Source: Girardia tigrina (Eukaryota). Taken from it: DNA of 49,946 bases. The stretch covers positions 1-49,946 of the forward strand of contig MQRK01217243.1 of assembly GCA_001938485.1 (NCBI GenBank). The letters run 5' to 3'. Made by a program: the position numbers and the translations under genes. Positions 48,493 through 49,946 of the stretch are shown here, in pieces. Numbering within the stretch: position 1 is the stretch's first letter; each line of letters opens with the position of its first letter. The notes under the pieces are model-generated. The model made no database searches. It was not told the DNA's origin and was given only the letters and a program-made list of their open reading frames with translations.

Positions 48493-49279
48493 CCTTTACT
48501 AATCAGGAATGAGTTATTGAAATTTTATCTGAATCTATTTTTACTAATTTTTGAGACATTAAATAAATAAGTTCTAAGCCGGAAAAACAAATATTAATAA
48601 TAATTCATCGGTGTTGCAAAGAAATATTCCGATCGACAGATTGAAAAAGAATTTTATTATTATGTATAAAATATTTGATAAATTTCAATTGTATTTTATA
48701 CAATCGAATTTCATGTCACATGGATCGTCAGCGGGTTTATTTTTGTTATAAATTTCATTAACGATTTAAAACAAAAAATCGTCTGATAAAAGATTAATTA
48801 ATAATTACTATCAATAATTAAATCATTAAGAAATAAAGTAATTTTGAATTGATTATTGATAATTTATTTCAGTTAGCACTTTTAAAGTTTATATAAGTTC
48901 CATTGCGTACTTTGAAATTAATGATTAATTAACCATTTTTAGTTTTTCTAAGTCAAAATCACTTTTGAGATAATATATAGAATAAATACTCATTTTTTCA
49001 AGTGTTGAATAGACACACAAAATGCATCTTGGGTGTTTATATGATCCAATTTTTGTTGAATAAAGTAATTAGAAGAGAAAGTTCAAAATTTAATCGTTAA
49101 CGACAAAAAATTCTTTTTCGTCAATTATTTAATGTATGTTTGGGGTGGTTGTTTTGTTATATTTGTAGATAGTGTTTTTTGCTATATTTTTAATTGTCTC
49201 AAAGAAGATAAAGCATTTTTCATAAAAATATATGTTCTAGTTTCAAACAAACCAGTAATCCCGGGATCAAAGGATTGTA

Positions 49280-49560
49280 ATCCAGTAACATCTTTCGAAC
49301 AATTTTCCCTTCTTAATAAACCATATACAAAATAATGTATCTACTGAATTGATCTATTACATTAAATAATATTTATTTCAAGTTTACCATTTTCTTTAAA
49401 TCACCAAAAGAGTTCATATTTTTTTCTGAAATTGCTCATTCGCGGATTGTTTAAAATGACTTTCTTTTGTTTTCGTTGTTAAAGTCTTTCTTTGACAATT
49501 TATACATCTTTGAATGATTTATTTTTCTTATAAAATTGTTCCAAAAAATCTTTCTTCTAG
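49280..49560 (-). mobile_element. Gypsy integrase fragment related to the element at 6572-9780
   Basis: The minus strand TTCAAAGATGTATAAATTGTCAAAGAAAGACTTTAACAACGAAAACAAAAGAAAG...TTTCAGAA...ATAGATCAATTCAG aligns by eye with 8999-9240. Confidence 0.7.
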
Positions 49561-49746
49561 TTTATGGAATCTAATATTCTATATAATGTTAGGTGGAGCG
49601 GAGAATTGCCGATTTGACCGAACATTTTTGCCAGTTTCAGAAATTCATAAATAACACATATAATTAAATTAATAAATTAAAATAATTAAATAAATCTTTA
49701 CTTGAATTAAATAAAGTAATTAACGAAAAGAATATATATATATATA

Positions 49747-49891
49747 TATTTCGAAAATATAATTTGATTAAAGCTTTTTTAATACAACTATTGGACATGT
49801 TTCGATTTTTAAAAAAATCATCATCAGCAAAATCGAAACATGTCCAATAGTTGTATTAAAAAAGCTTTAATCAAATTATATTTTCGAAATA
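49747..49891. repeat. Perfect 63-bp inverted repeat with a 19-nt spacer
   Basis: Arms 49747-49809 and 49829-49891 are exact reverse complements. (TA)n tracts lie on both sides. Confidence 0.97.
49791..49830 (-). ncRNA. Minimal type I hammerhead ribozyme (GUC site)
   Basis: Minus strand: UUG CUGAUGA U GAUUUUUUUAAAAAUC GAAA CAUG UC^ CAA. Intact core, A/U-rich helix II closed by G-C, palindromic helix III (ACAUGU), canonical GUC triplet, helix I UUG/CAA. Confidence 0.8.
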
Positions 49892-49913
49892 CTAAACTTG
49901 CGTTCACAAGACT

Positions 49914-49946
<33 letters not shown>

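Noticed and set aside
48695-48740. CTGACGA...GAAA motif on the minus strand
   Set aside because: Helix II is only 3 bp and out of register, and helix I cannot form; at best a dead remnant.
49593-49660. Candidate PXK exon 5 after TTAG (VERRIADLTEHFCQFQKF)
   Set aside because: No similarity to the expected PXK continuation (DLGPDKYL...HPYI), and the frame hits a stop without a good donor.
1-49946. CRISPR arrays, tRNA/rRNA genes, prokaryotic operons
   Set aside because: None seen; the window is intron-rich eukaryotic DNA with no regularly spaced repeat-spacer units.

Overview
This is very AT-rich eukaryotic (metazoan) genomic DNA. The composition, tiny introns and repeat content would fit a planarian-type flatworm, but that is inference. 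Two spliced host genes lie on the + strand. (1) The 3' half of a canonical ankyrin (ZU5-ZU5-UPA-death domain, then an acidic tail); I traced exons from 1829 to a stop at 28087, including two large alternative post-death-domain exons. (2) The first four exons of PXK (PX-domain kinase-like protein, 39790-46837). Introns are either minimal (43-57 nt) or multi-kb and filled with decayed transposons: two main Ty3/Gypsy elements plus fragments, mariner/Tc1/Tigger/pogo, hAT, MULE, Chapaev3-like, TTAA (piggyBac-type) MITEs, a DINE-1/Helentron-like element and Penelope-like fragments. The most distinctive signal, invisible to the ORF track, is three minimal type I hammerhead ribozyme motifs (14482-14520 minus, 30265-30307 plus, 49791-49830 minus). 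Each has an extra U after CUGANGA and a palindromic helix III. Two are attached to Penelope GIY-YIG C-terminal coding remnants, and one sits at the centre of a perfect 63-bp inverted repeat. There is a 50-N assembly gap at 16088-16137. All family assignments come from motif recognition by eye; no searches were run.
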